Source: Raillietiella orientalis (Eukaryota). Taken from it: a stretch of 60,483 bases of DNA. A program made the position numbers and the translations under genes. The notes under the pieces were generated by a model. The model did not search any database. It was not told where the DNA came from and worked only from the letters and a program-made list of their open reading frames with translations. This document shows positions 12,801 to 23,356 of the stretch, piece by piece. The number at the start of each line of letters is the position of its first letter. The first letter of the stretch is position 1. The DNA is taken from positions 2,170,001-2,230,483 of the forward strand of contig JAYWIR010000037.1 of the NCBI GenBank assembly GCA_036172245.1. The letters are read 5' to 3'.

Positions 12801-13390
12801 ATCTTCGCGCTGTGGAGTACGTGATCGATCGGTTTGTGGCTGGCTGTTCGCCACAAAAGTCCGAAATCATCGGATAACCGTCGATACGCCGCTCTTCCTC
12901 TGGCGTCCTGGGAATACTTGATCTCGTCCAGGATGTTCAAGTCACCCGCGACGATGATTATGTCTTTCGGTGATACACGTTTGCAGAGTTCTTCGTGTAG
13001 TTTCTCCGCGCACCGATGCTTCAACTTGTGAGGTCCGTACACCTTTACCAGGAAGAGGTGAACGTTGCTGGACCAGGACAGTCGCACGCCGATTATCCTG
13101 CCAGGTACAGGACAGAAGATTTCCAGGATGGTGTGGGCGAGCTCGTTCTTGATGAGGATCGCCACACCCATGGTCTTCTTCTGCCCCTCGCTGGCGAACA
13201 GTTGTCCGTTGAAACGGCGTTCCATCTCCAGACCGTTTTGATGCCCGAGACCGTGGGTTTCTGGAAGGCACACCACATCTTGTCTTGCGATGGTTCGCAT
13301 GACACTTTTCCGTTTGCCTTGATCCGTAAGGCCATTCACGTTCCAGGAGGCGATGTTAATCCTCCTGGCGGATGACAGCGACGAGGACAT
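9846..13390 (-). pseudogene. LINE ORF2 polyprotein (APE endonuclease - RT - zf-RVT-type CCHC), disrupted by frameshifts and a stop
   Basis: APE motifs SWNVNG, CLPETH, VYGP, AGDLN, IDH, SDH (ORF 12191-13390); RT motifs LLPKGGD..WRPISVLN, DMEKAFD, GVRQGESLSPMLF, YADD, KYLG (ORF 11193-12113); PREEGGSG (ORF 10567-11160); CTACGDIDTRLHILTC (ORF 10050-10580); probable final stop at 9846-9848. Confidence 0.93.
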
Positions 13391-13402
13391 AAAGGGGAAG
13401 AC

Positions 13403-14945
13403 CTACTTCTTGGCCTTCCTGAGCTTCTTCCGTCTGGGAGAGCGTGGTGCTTTCCCAGAAGAAGAGGGAGCGGGTTTCTCGATGCCAGCGTCGCTCTCCG
13501 TCCCGGTGAGGTCAGTGAAGTCGGCCTCCTCGGTGGAGTGTTCGGCTCGTGCGACAAGCCTACGAGGTGAAACCTCCAACGCAACCTTGGCGCAGAAGTT
13601 TGCCTTCACGTAGAGAAGCTTATCCTCCAGCTTCTCGCGCTCGGTAGCCTCCACCACCAGGTTGATGGTTTCTTGCGCATTGCAGATATTCTGCAGGAGC
13701 TGTTCCTGCTGCGCTCCGCTCTGCGCCTCCGCCACTGCTACTGCCAGTTTTCCACCACTTCGGTGATCTGCAGGGCCTCCTGCGACACCGGGGTGTCTTC
13801 TGGCGCCTTTGCCACCTCGCCTTCCTCCGCAACTTCCATCTTTTCGCCTTCCTCTGCTTGAACTTTCGGGGTAAGAGGGATTTCCTGCTCCTTGACGAGC
13901 ATCTCCCTCTTCCCCTTCTTTCCAATTTCTACGAAGCCGTCCGCCGAAACCGGAGCGGCCTCCTTCGCCTTCTTTTGCTTCCCCTGTTTTTGAGGTTTCA
14001 CAACCTCCGCCAAGACCTTTTCCCTCACGGGGGATTAGCCCCGCATAGTCCGGTAGTTTGCAAACTCCGGACAGCACCATTTCGCATGCCCTGGCTGCTT
14101 GCAAAACAAGCACACCTTGGGCATGTTACAGCCGCGTACCTAATGTCCTTGATTCCCACAGCGGAAGCACTTCGACCTTGGGCACGCGCTCATTCTGTGA
14201 CCGAAGTTCTTGCAGCCGGTGCAGAACACCGGCTGCGGCCTATAGTATACGGAGACCTCCTGCGAGTCACCGGGTTCTGTGCTCCCTCGTTCAACTTCAG
14301 CTTGGCGATTACCTCCCCCGAAAAGATCTTCCCTGCTATGTTCTGGAATTGCAAGTCCAGAACCTCCCCGAACTTGGAGAAATAGTCCCAAACCGTCATT
14401 TGCGTGGTGCTCATACCCACGCCTCTCAGCAGAACGGTTGTGTACAGCATTTCGCCGATCCCACGAACCATTCGCCCCTGTATGTTAATGCCCTTCTCGA
14501 TGAGGGCCTCTCGTAAGGGTTCACTATCGGAATAAATGGTGAACCCCGACGTGCTCGGGATGATCGCCTGTATGCGATCAAAGTCTACATTTGTCTTATA
14601 TAGAGACAAGTAGACTTCTCTGATGTTGTGAAACCGGATTAAGCCGGTCTTGAAGGTGATGGGTTTCATGTTCGGACCCACCCGAACGATCGGCTCGTTT
14701 ACCCTGGACAGCTTCCCACATTCCGGTTTCCCGAATTTAATCTGCGGCTGGGCACTAGCCTGGCCCGCCGCCACCTCCGCGTACGAAAACGGCTGCGCCA
14801 CCACAGCCAAACAAGATGGCGTAGCGTCCTGCACGCCGTGCGCCACGTGGACGCCCGCGGGTCCCGCCTGGGACGCTGCCGCGGCGGGCGCGATCCTTGG
14901 CGTCGCCTCCTCCTCGCCAGTGCCGCACTGTACCTCCATTTCCAT
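13403..14945 (-). pseudogene. LINE ORF1 (RRM-like region, three CCHC zinc knuckles, charged C-terminus), disrupted
   Basis: Joined from ORFs 14190-14945, 14140-14391, 13738-14028 and 13403-14113: VLLRGVGMSTTQMTVWDYFSKFGEV (RRM-like), CTGCKNFGHRMSAC, CFRCGNQGH*VRGC, CLFCKQPGHAKWCC; ends PRRKKLRKAKK-stop. The true start may lie up to ~200 nt further upstream. Confidence 0.85.
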
Positions 14946-15246
14946 GGGGACGTCGGCCTCTCCATCCTTCTAGTTGCCTGCGTCCTCGCGGCTGGCACTG
15001 CCGCTAAGGAAGTTGGCAGGGCTTCCACCGTGGACTCCTCGAAGCTGCTGCTGCAGTTGGTGAAGATGGTCCTCGGCTGGGCTGTCGCTTCCACACTTCT
15101 TTTCACTTGATCACTTGCCCTCTCGGGGCACACAATAAGTGCCGCGGCATTGGTTTTACGCACTGCCTTGGCAGAGTATTGGGTAAAGTTTTCAACTTGC
15201 AATAATCACGGCTCAGTCGCCTTCCTCGCCTATGATACTGCCCGTG

Positions 15247-15262
15247 CGTAAAATACTTTGAT
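15247..15262 (+). repeat. Target-site duplication, right copy (cgtaaaatactttgat)
   Basis: Identical 16-mer at 9736-9751. Confidence 0.95.
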
Positions 15263-16959
15263 CATATGGGTACACAATCATGAAGGATACGAATAAACTA
15301 AAAGTGTTTATAAAGTAAAGGACACGAAAAAGAGGTTACTCGGATTCTTCTGTGTATTTGTCACGGATTAAGATGTATTCTAGGTAGCAGAAGTGCTGCT
15401 TATTTAGATGTAAGACTATGTGAGCTACTCAATCTTAAACATGCAAATTCTTGGTTTAAAATTTCACAAGGGATTTTGCGAGTTCTTCCTAATATTTCAT
15501 GGACAATTTACATTAAGTGCTACATATTATTTTTCAGGATCTAGATCGCGTCCAGGATGAAAAAGTGAAAATTATACCAGATTATCATCGTGAAGACAAC
15601 CGAAAAATATATTATATCTAGGAAAGATGCTCATTTATAATGTGAAAACAGAGGGCTCTGTATTTCACTTTGGTCTGCCTTTCCAAATGTGTATGCATTT
15701 TCTAAGATCTCGGAGACACATACAATACTCCTCCCACACTCAGAATACTGAGGGAGGTCAACAGTTGCTAAAAGTTTGGGGGATTTAAGTGACAAACGGA
15801 TGCCATTTGTGATTCTATAGTATCTTGGATTCATATTGTAGTACTTTCGGCCAAAAGCACTTCTGAAAAATAGATTTCCTCATACCAGTAGTATGTTTTA
15901 TTCACAAAGTTGACATTTAAGAGTCAGATTTCAAAAGCGACCTTTGTTTGATCTTTGGAATACTCTTCAGTTTCCTTTGTGAGCGATTTCTAGATATTGG
16001 TTCTGCAATTCAGAAGGTTTGATGCCTTTTTCTAAAACCCCCACAGGGAGTGATCATAGTTCCTGATTAGTCTAGAAATTAGTAGTTGCTTTTAATGCCA
16101 GGAAAGTATTACATATTGCTAGTTTTGATTAGGTACTGATTCATACTAATCTCTTCAGTGAATGCTTGTTTTTGGCTTTCTTGGATGGAAGCGTTGAGAA
16201 GACAATTTTTCTGCATGCATACTGATTATTCAATTATTCGATTGTAATGTAGTTTTAGCTACCTAGTAGTCAGCATCATATTTGGTTATATCAGCACTAA
16301 AAGAAGCTACAGCTTATTCGAGCTTTTTTTAGAGCAAAAAATTCAATACCTTTGGTGAGTTCGTTAGCATCCACATTCCACCGAACCAATGACTTTCCTG
16401 CAATGAAATGAACAGAGAATTTGGTTCATACCAAAGAGTTAGGCAATATCTCTTGAAGTGTTAGGAAAACTTCCGTGAATCTTCAGTTCTAAACAAACAT
16501 GTTTATGGTTTTATCTAACAAAGAAATAAAGCAACTTACACATTGCTGCTGGAAGTTTGAGGACGGTATCGTAATGGTAATATTTAGAAAGGAATACGAG
16601 AATTAGTTAATTTACTCAATTAGCTAATCTGAAGAATGATAGTAAAGGAAATTTTGTGGAACTGCCGATCAATTGTCTCGGAGGTCTTTAATACTAGTAG
16701 TGGAATCGGGATGTTAATCGATAGAATCGAAGCGATCATGAACTCACAGAAGAATGCCATTGGTTTTCAACGAAAAGTACGGATATCTTGTAAATACGAG
16801 AAACAAGTGAAACTATTTGTTCCAAATTAGAAACTCCAGCTTGCGTCTCCATGGTAATGATCTTTGAGATCAGTGTGCCTGTTTTAACGAAAACAATTCT
16901 GGTGAATTGAGTATTTGGAAAAATTTCATCACTGTGTAAACAAAACTGTTTGAATTGCC

Positions 16960-17530
16960 TAAGTACGACTCCTCGAGGGTGAAATTGTTTAAAGTGTGCC
17001 TTAGGGTTACTTCCTAAGGCGCACTCGTGAAAATTCAAAATGTTAGTGGTGATTTTGTGCTCGTTCATTACTGATATGCAATGATACTTTTGACAGTTGC
17101 GACAAAAAATTTGCCTGCGAAATTGTTGCTCCTTAACTTATTGAGGCTGCATATAAGTGCCAATGCTAACTGCAAAACAGGAGGATTTCGGTCTGGTTCG
17201 AATGTCAGAGAGGAGATCAATTTGTTGCAGATTTCGAGGCCAAGTTTCGAGTTAAGCATTGCAGTCTTTTAACTTCAGATCAGTGCGCCTTTTAATTGAT
17301 GGATGCAATACAATATGTATTGGAATTTCCTTATATGCAACGGCTGGAATTAAACCGCTTAGATTTTGGTAGCAGCGAGAGATTATCAGACTATGAATAG
17401 AGAGAGTTTCGAAAGCACTGAAAACATTGGCATCAATAGGAACAAGAATTGGAATGACAATGCCACAGACAGAGGACTCATTTGGTATCGTCACTTGGTT
17501 TTCGCAACTATCTCCGAGGCCATGGAAACA
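16960..17530 (+). pseudogene. Ancient AT-rich LINE RT remnant
   Basis: ILLTVATKNLPAKLL...CKTGGFRSGSNVREEINLLQ...IAVF*LQISAPFN*WMQY follows the RT order ISLL..K.LAK / QxGFRxGRS..DNI..L / LDxxKAFD; later DRGLIWYRHLVFATISEAM resembles RG.RQG..SP.LF...EAL. Confidence 0.5.
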
Positions 17531-18065
17531 GTCGGGTTTCAGGTTATCTTGAAATGCATCCCAATCAGGATCTTGCCTTGCGACCGAGAAAGCACGAAAA
17601 ATTGTCGGTTGTGATCTAAAATATCGATCAGCAGTTTTGGGATCCTCGTTAGGGGATGGAATGAAGAGTCAAGAAAGGTGTTCTACTCAGAGAAGCCTTG
17701 AACTGCTTCAACGCGCAATGCCTTCCCCGGCCGTTTGATGAAATCGCACGCTCAGCACTGCTGGATGGACGAATGGAAGCAGAAAAGCAGACGAAAAATA
17801 GCAAAAGAGTCTTGGTTCCTCTATCATTTCAAAGAACAAGCTGTCGTGAGCTCATAATCATCTTGAGTTTATGTAATATAAAGATCTTCCTTTGCGGTCG
17901 AATTGAAGATCGTAAGCTGGGATCTACAAGAAGTTTCAAAATAGCAGTTGGTTGTTCAGCTAGAATATGATTTGACAGAAACATTGTGGTTATGCCAGGG
18001 AATCCAAAAGAAATGCTGAAGCAGATAGCGAAGTGTACGCATCTCCTAAGCCCATGACGTTGTGA

Positions 18066-18942
18066 AGCGACTCTCTGAGCACCGCGAGGGCGAGTGGCAC
18101 CAGGCAGGCAATGAAGTGCAGAAACGCAGCACGAAATACGAAGGGTTCTTGGCTCTGGCCTCCGCTTTGTCTTTATTGGTTCATCAACTCGCCTCCCAGT
18201 TGAACTCTTTCGCTATCTTTTTCAGCGAATGAGAAGAGTGTCCTAACGCCACTGCTGGCCCTTGGTTGCCTTCATCCCGCAGGAGAAGAGGTAGGAAAGA
18301 CCCCACGTGCTGCTCCGTCTGCGGAATGCACGAAGCTGCGATTGCACGAGATGGAGTAAAGGGTGGCGAGTGGGTGGAGGCACATCGTCCATCCCCGGGA
18401 GGAAAGTTGAACAGCTGCTCCCTCCCGGACAGGGGTCCCCTTCGTGACGGTAACAGGAACTGCTTTTTCGGCCAGTTCGCCTGCCCAGAAACTTGTTGGT
18501 GGATCCCAGGGGAAGCCATATGCTGCCGGTGACATGTGAAGCCCCGAAGAATCCACCTCGCGCCACTGGAGAGGTCGTGAGGCGATCTGGCTGCGGTTAC
18601 TACCTCCCACGTTCCACCCACGGAGAGCGCAGAGATCTCAGTTTCCGTAGCCCTGGCTGCGAGCCACCTCTCCGCTGCAAGGTCTCAGGGCCCTGGACAG
18701 GGGGCGCTTCGCGGGCTCGTCTTCCGCCTGGTCTCAGCAGCTCCACGTGCGGGAGCAAGAGCTGTAGTGATAAAGATCTAGAGGAGCGAAGAGTTGTTTT
18801 TTCTCCTCCTCCTCCCGAATCTCCCCACCTTTGAGCATCCACCAATCCACATCGCCTACCTATTTTCCTTTTTTTGTCAGAGTGCGCGTGTCTAGAGAAG
18901 GCACTTCTGGGCTACCGGCTGAAGGTGCTAAAGACGTGAGTT
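18066..18942 (-). repeat. Right arm of ~875-bp inverted duplication (partner 1152-2025)
   Basis: Reverse complement matches 1152-2025 with scattered substitutions and small indels. Confidence 0.95.
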
Positions 18943-19139
18943 GCATTTGACTGCCAATGCAACAGCAGCCGACTGCTGTCACTCCAGGAGAAGCGCGGAG
19001 CTCTTCAGGGAAACCGCAGATATGTCGAGGCAGTGCAAAGGAATCGCAAGAGAACCGGCCCCGCGGTGACGTATTCTGGTGTGGACAGCTGAAAGTCGAA
19101 ATGGTCAGGACGTTGGTGCGTGATCCAGCATCCCGAAAG

Positions 19140-19157
19140 TTTTTTTTTTTTTTTTTT
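19140..19157 (+). repeat. Poly(T)18 tract
   Basis: Direct read of 18 consecutive T. Confidence 0.9.
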
Positions 19158-19969
19158 GGCCTGCTACTAGGCAGATGACTTTTCAACTTACCGGCTGGCA
19201 ACCGTTCACTCTCCTCCCGTATGGGGCACAGCGATGTAACAAAGGGAGCATCTCCTACCCTCGCGCAACTCCTGAGGCTCTCCGGCAACGAGTGTAACTG
19301 GAGACGCTCAGTTACGCAGAATGCTCCGAGATCGTTTCTCGTTGATCATCCGTTGTCAGCGTAACCAACTGCCGAAGGAGATCCCGGCGTCGGGACAACC
19401 TGCGCTGGCCGTGCATGCGAGGAAACATGCGAGTCCTTAGGTGTGTGAGCGGGCTGCTCGACAAGGAGCCGTTTAGTCTTCCAAGCAAGCACGAGAGCTT
19501 CTCCCTGTGTCCTGAAGGGCTTCCTTGGGAGGGCAGCCCTGATAAGTGAGTTGCCCCAAGTGAGAAGCTGGCAGCCTGGTACGGACAAAGCATCGTCCAT
19601 CTCCTTTCATTGCAAAGCCAGAGTTCCCTACACATTCTTATATTTCGGGGTACCTCTAATAACAACGGGCTACCTTAGCATCCGCCGTAAGAAGAAGAGC
19701 AGTCACAGCCGTCGCAATCTCAGTGTAGTATAGTATAGTGTGCTTCGCAGGTCGTTGTCCTGGGAGCGTTCCGACTGTAACTAGGCTATGCCGGCCAGCG
19801 TGTGATTGCTGATCAAGGAAATCGAAAATTAATCTTCTGAGATCAAAAAGTGGTTCTCTTATCTCGTATGAATTCGTATTGACAACTTGGAAAGACGTCC
19901 GAGGATCGAGGAGTACACTCAATTAATCTTTGGGAACTTTCTTCGCACATCGATCGATCCCCTACTGGC

Positions 19970-20700
19970 ATCAGTTCACCGTTTTCCAATGTGGATTTTA
20001 CTGGCTACATGTTTCTGAAGAATATCCAGAAATATGTGGCCAGCAAATGTGAGAGAAAATAATAACACAGCAGCACAGGGATTGCGAAGAAAGCGACGAT
20101 GCCAAGCGTCCAGGACGATAGGGCTTCCTGCCTCCAAACGTTGAAGTTCGTCGGCCGGCAGGAGATGCACGAATGCTTTCCCAGAAGCGAGGAAAGCTGC
20201 TTCAGAGAAAAGAAGAATCCTCTCTGGACGCGCTCCGTGCGCAGATGCAAAGAACGTACTCCGTCGCCAACCGTGCAGCGGCGCAGCAGCAGCCGCGCTG
20301 GAGAACACCAGGGAGTAGTCCAACGCTGGGCGCAAAGTGCCACCATGCGGAACTGCACTAGCAGTCCGATCAGCTCCAGCGTCAGGATGCCCAATCCTGA
20401 ATCCTGCCGAGGAGCCGCCAAGTCCTTGAGACGGATCCTGGACCTCGCCGGTCCTCACAAGGAGTTTCGCAACAGGCGTTGAATCGCAACAGGAATTTCC
20501 GCATCAGGAGATTCGGTCAAGACGACATCCAAAGGTTCCTTCGCAGCCTTCCCACGCCTCGAACACTCCATTCCTGACCCCTCATTTCATCCCTACATTC
20601 CTAGTCCAAAAATTCAAGAGACTACCGCCTTTCGCTGATCGCTTGGCAGCAGAACCCAGATGATACAGGATTCGGAAGCCGCGAGGCAGCTTTCTCGCCC
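19970..20700 (-). pseudogene. Degenerate LINE ORF2 thumb/C-terminal remnant related to the full-length element
   Basis: LRNSL*GPARSRIRLKDLAAPRQDSGLGILTLE...TTPWC aligns with RKTLWGHYRPRVRLKQLCRPREEGGSGMKSL of the full-length LINE and with SSRKAGELALLTLE...TTPWC in ORF 58708-59400. Confidence 0.7.
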
Positions 20701-21548
20701 GTCCTCAATGACATCATGCCATCCCCGAATCATTCTTCATTTCACAGCATGCACAGAAGCAGAGAACGAGGTTGCCAAGTAGCATGACGGGCAGAGAAGC
20801 CGTCGTCGCGAACACCCACTCGAGTAGGCAGACCGCGAACCACAGGGCTACCACAAGTCCCAATGCGTCCCACACGAGAGGCTCACCGAGTTCGACAGGG
20901 CAAGAAAAATTCCGCGTGCGGATGCGCACAGCGCACTCGAGAGCTTTGCTTTCCTTTGAAGACAAGTAGTAGCCAGTTCTCGTCCATCCCCACCAGTATT
21001 CCAACCTGAAATTCCAAATAATTGAAGTAACTTTTTCATTTCGGCAATAGTGGTGGCAGTTGCAGCTCTCTCCTTCACCGATGGGCACCAGACAGCAGAA
21101 AGCCCCATTTTGTTCATAGCGACAGTCTTGTCACTCGAGCAATCCTCCCAGGTCCGAACAAGCGTTGGCGTGAGGTTACTGACCAACTGAATTTCACATT
21201 GCAACCTTTACGTGCAAAACTCCATTCACTTCTAGTTTTTGTCTGTGTTTGAAGAATTTGGTCTTTTGCCGACCGCTTTTCCTCTTTGTTCCCACAATTT
21301 GTGGGGAAATACAGTCATCCCTGTACGGCTGGCCGTTGATGTTCCCCAGCTGCAAGTTCCCGCTTTCCAAATGTCATCGACAGGAAGAAGGCCATCAACG
21401 ATGGCTGGGCATCCTCCTTCTTTTGCAGGCTGGGAGGAGTCCTTCGTTCGTCTCACGCAGATTTTCCATCACCAAAGTCGGCTTCCGACTAGGCAAAGTC
21501 TTCTGATTCTCCTTTTCTCTGCTCCGTAAGACACGTAACACTAGCTGG

Positions 21549-21791
21549 TCCTCCCAGCACAGGCGGGACAACCACAGGGAGCACTTGGGCAGTAGCCAGG
21601 CGGCGGAATGGGAGGTCCGATTTAGGATTTCAGGTACAGAGAGAGGGCAAAGTGGTTGGACAACGGGCCAGCGAGCTGATGCCGCGACCCGGAGTACCCC
21701 ACTGAAGGGACTTTTGCGCTGGGGTGAGCTGCTGAGCATCCTTCGGGAAGTAATCGAGAGGGCCCCAGTTCTGAGGAATACACAGGTCCTT
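21549..21791 (+). repeat. ~240-bp inverted duplication of 30899-31140
   Basis: cctcccagcacagg...gaggaatacacaggtcctt is the reverse complement of aaggacctgagtattcctc...cctgtgctgggagg; both translate to AATRSTPLK(G/D)LLR. Confidence 0.85.
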
Positions 21792-23356
21792 ATAGAGTCA
21801 AGAGGCACGAGGAGACGAGATCATCACTGCAGATATAAACCTGGTTCAAGGAAAACACTCTTCCGATTACGCATCAGAAAGGATAGAAGAAAGCCGGGCG
21901 ACAGACCTCAATCCACGCAGCCGCAATACAAACCAAATAAAAAAAACCTCTGCTTCGTACCATCCGCAGGCGCCACAAATGCCGACCCCTTCCTGCGTGC
22001 AATGCAATGCGTTGTTGCACGGAGAGAATCTTCACAACGACAGCGGGAGACAAAAAAGTCATTACGGAATGCGCCTTTCTGCAGACAACGCCAGCGCCAT
22101 AGTGAGCTCTTGCACTATGTGAGAGGCGCCAGAAGAGCGTTCACGAAAGAAGGCTCTCGATTGCTTACGCCCTTGCAGCGCCTACTTATAATTCCATGTC
22201 GAAAGAACCCCAAAATTAGAAGACAGAGCGTCATAAACGCAGCCGTTTTCTCCTGGGTGTACACGGAACAAAGAGCAGCTGCCCATTCCATGACAAAGAG
22301 AAGGTATTCTCAGCTGTTTCCGATCCCGTGCACCAATACAGAAAGAGAAATCGATTCCCTTCCTTCCTCAACTCGTGAATCCTTTTCTTTTACGCAAACA
22401 GGGCTTTGGCGCTTGACGGTTCTCCGGTCACCGTCTTTCGGAAGATAATATTACTTCAGAAAGCCTTGCAAACCACGGGGATGCAAAAAGGCGGGAAAAA
22501 AGAGCTCCAGTGAATACGCGCAGTCAATAGGAGCATGGAGAGGAAACAGGAAATCGTTGATGTTGGCGGCCACGCTCTTTCAGCGCGTCCACAGGAATTC
22601 CGCTGTAGAACGCTACTTCGGTGAGCGCCAAAATGCACGTTGATCCATGAGAGGCGCATGCGCCTGGCCGCCTTCCCCTCTTTGAGCGTAACCACGGAAA
22701 CCCTTTCCATCAGAAAAAGAATCATGAACTTCTGGCAGCGCTCGTTTGCTGTGCTCATGGTTATTTTGTCGGCTTTCAGGATTCGCGATTACGCCAGATT
22801 CCTGTACGCTGCCCTCACGGCTCCTTCGCTAGACGAGGAGGCGCGCGAGTAGCTGCTCGCCTTCCCGTCCTCCGTCCGTCGCCCAACAAGGAGCTTTTTA
22901 GCCTCCGTTTCACGGACCGCGGAGTTTACGCATTCGTGCGTGCTCCTCCCTCACCCCTCATCCCCTCAAGTCCCCCTGTTAGCCCCATTGCCTCCATCCA
23001 GTCCTCCCCGCTGACGTTCGCTGCCTGAGAGAACGCTTCACCTCGCATCGACCAGGTAGCGAGGCCGGGGCTCCTCCCCCGCATCCAGCCGAGGAACTCA
23101 GCATCTGAACGCAGAACACCTCCACCGTAACACCAGGAGAGCAGGAACACCGGAGAAAGAGGGGCGCGCCGGCCGACGTGGGCGGCGCTGGCATGGCGCG
23201 CTCCCTTCTCCGCCACAAGTAAATTCGGTGGCCACGGCTCTCTGCTGAGACATCACCACCAGCCGACAGGATACGCCTCCTTCCTTATCCTGCCACTAGC
23301 CCGGCTGCTTCTTTGGCTTCCACTCTTCCGTTACCTGGAAGCTGCTATCGGCCAAG
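21791..23356 (+). repeat. ~1.56-kb inverted duplication, left arm (partner 27115-28686); degenerate LINE ORF2 (RT) remnant
   Basis: ORF 21585-22448(+) matches 28029-28475(-) and 22926-23216(-) matches 27238-27507(+). In this arm or its copy-2 counterpart (~42750-44308): ALDGSPVTVFRK, LAAFPSLSVTTETLSIRKKNHELLAAL and EEARECCSPSRPPS, in the order of PGxDG, AFxDxEKAFD and RGVRQGxxLSP. Confidence 0.9.

Larger units (their letters stand above)
9752..15246 (-). mobile_element. Full-length non-LTR retrotransposon (LINE, L1/Tx1-like two-ORF architecture), inactivated
   Basis: Gag-like zinc-knuckle ORF1 followed 12 nt later by ORF2 with AP endonuclease, reverse transcriptase (FAYADDL) and C-terminal CxxC...HxxxxC finger; bounded by an exact 16-bp direct repeat; GC-richer than the AT-rich flanks. 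Confidence 0.96.

Noticed and set aside
16736..17494. Three abutting minus-strand ORFs with start/stop overlap (TAATG), resembling an operon or viral gene block
   Set aside because: No recognisable products; the plus strand of the same interval carries ordered RT-like motifs, so these are probably antisense shadows.
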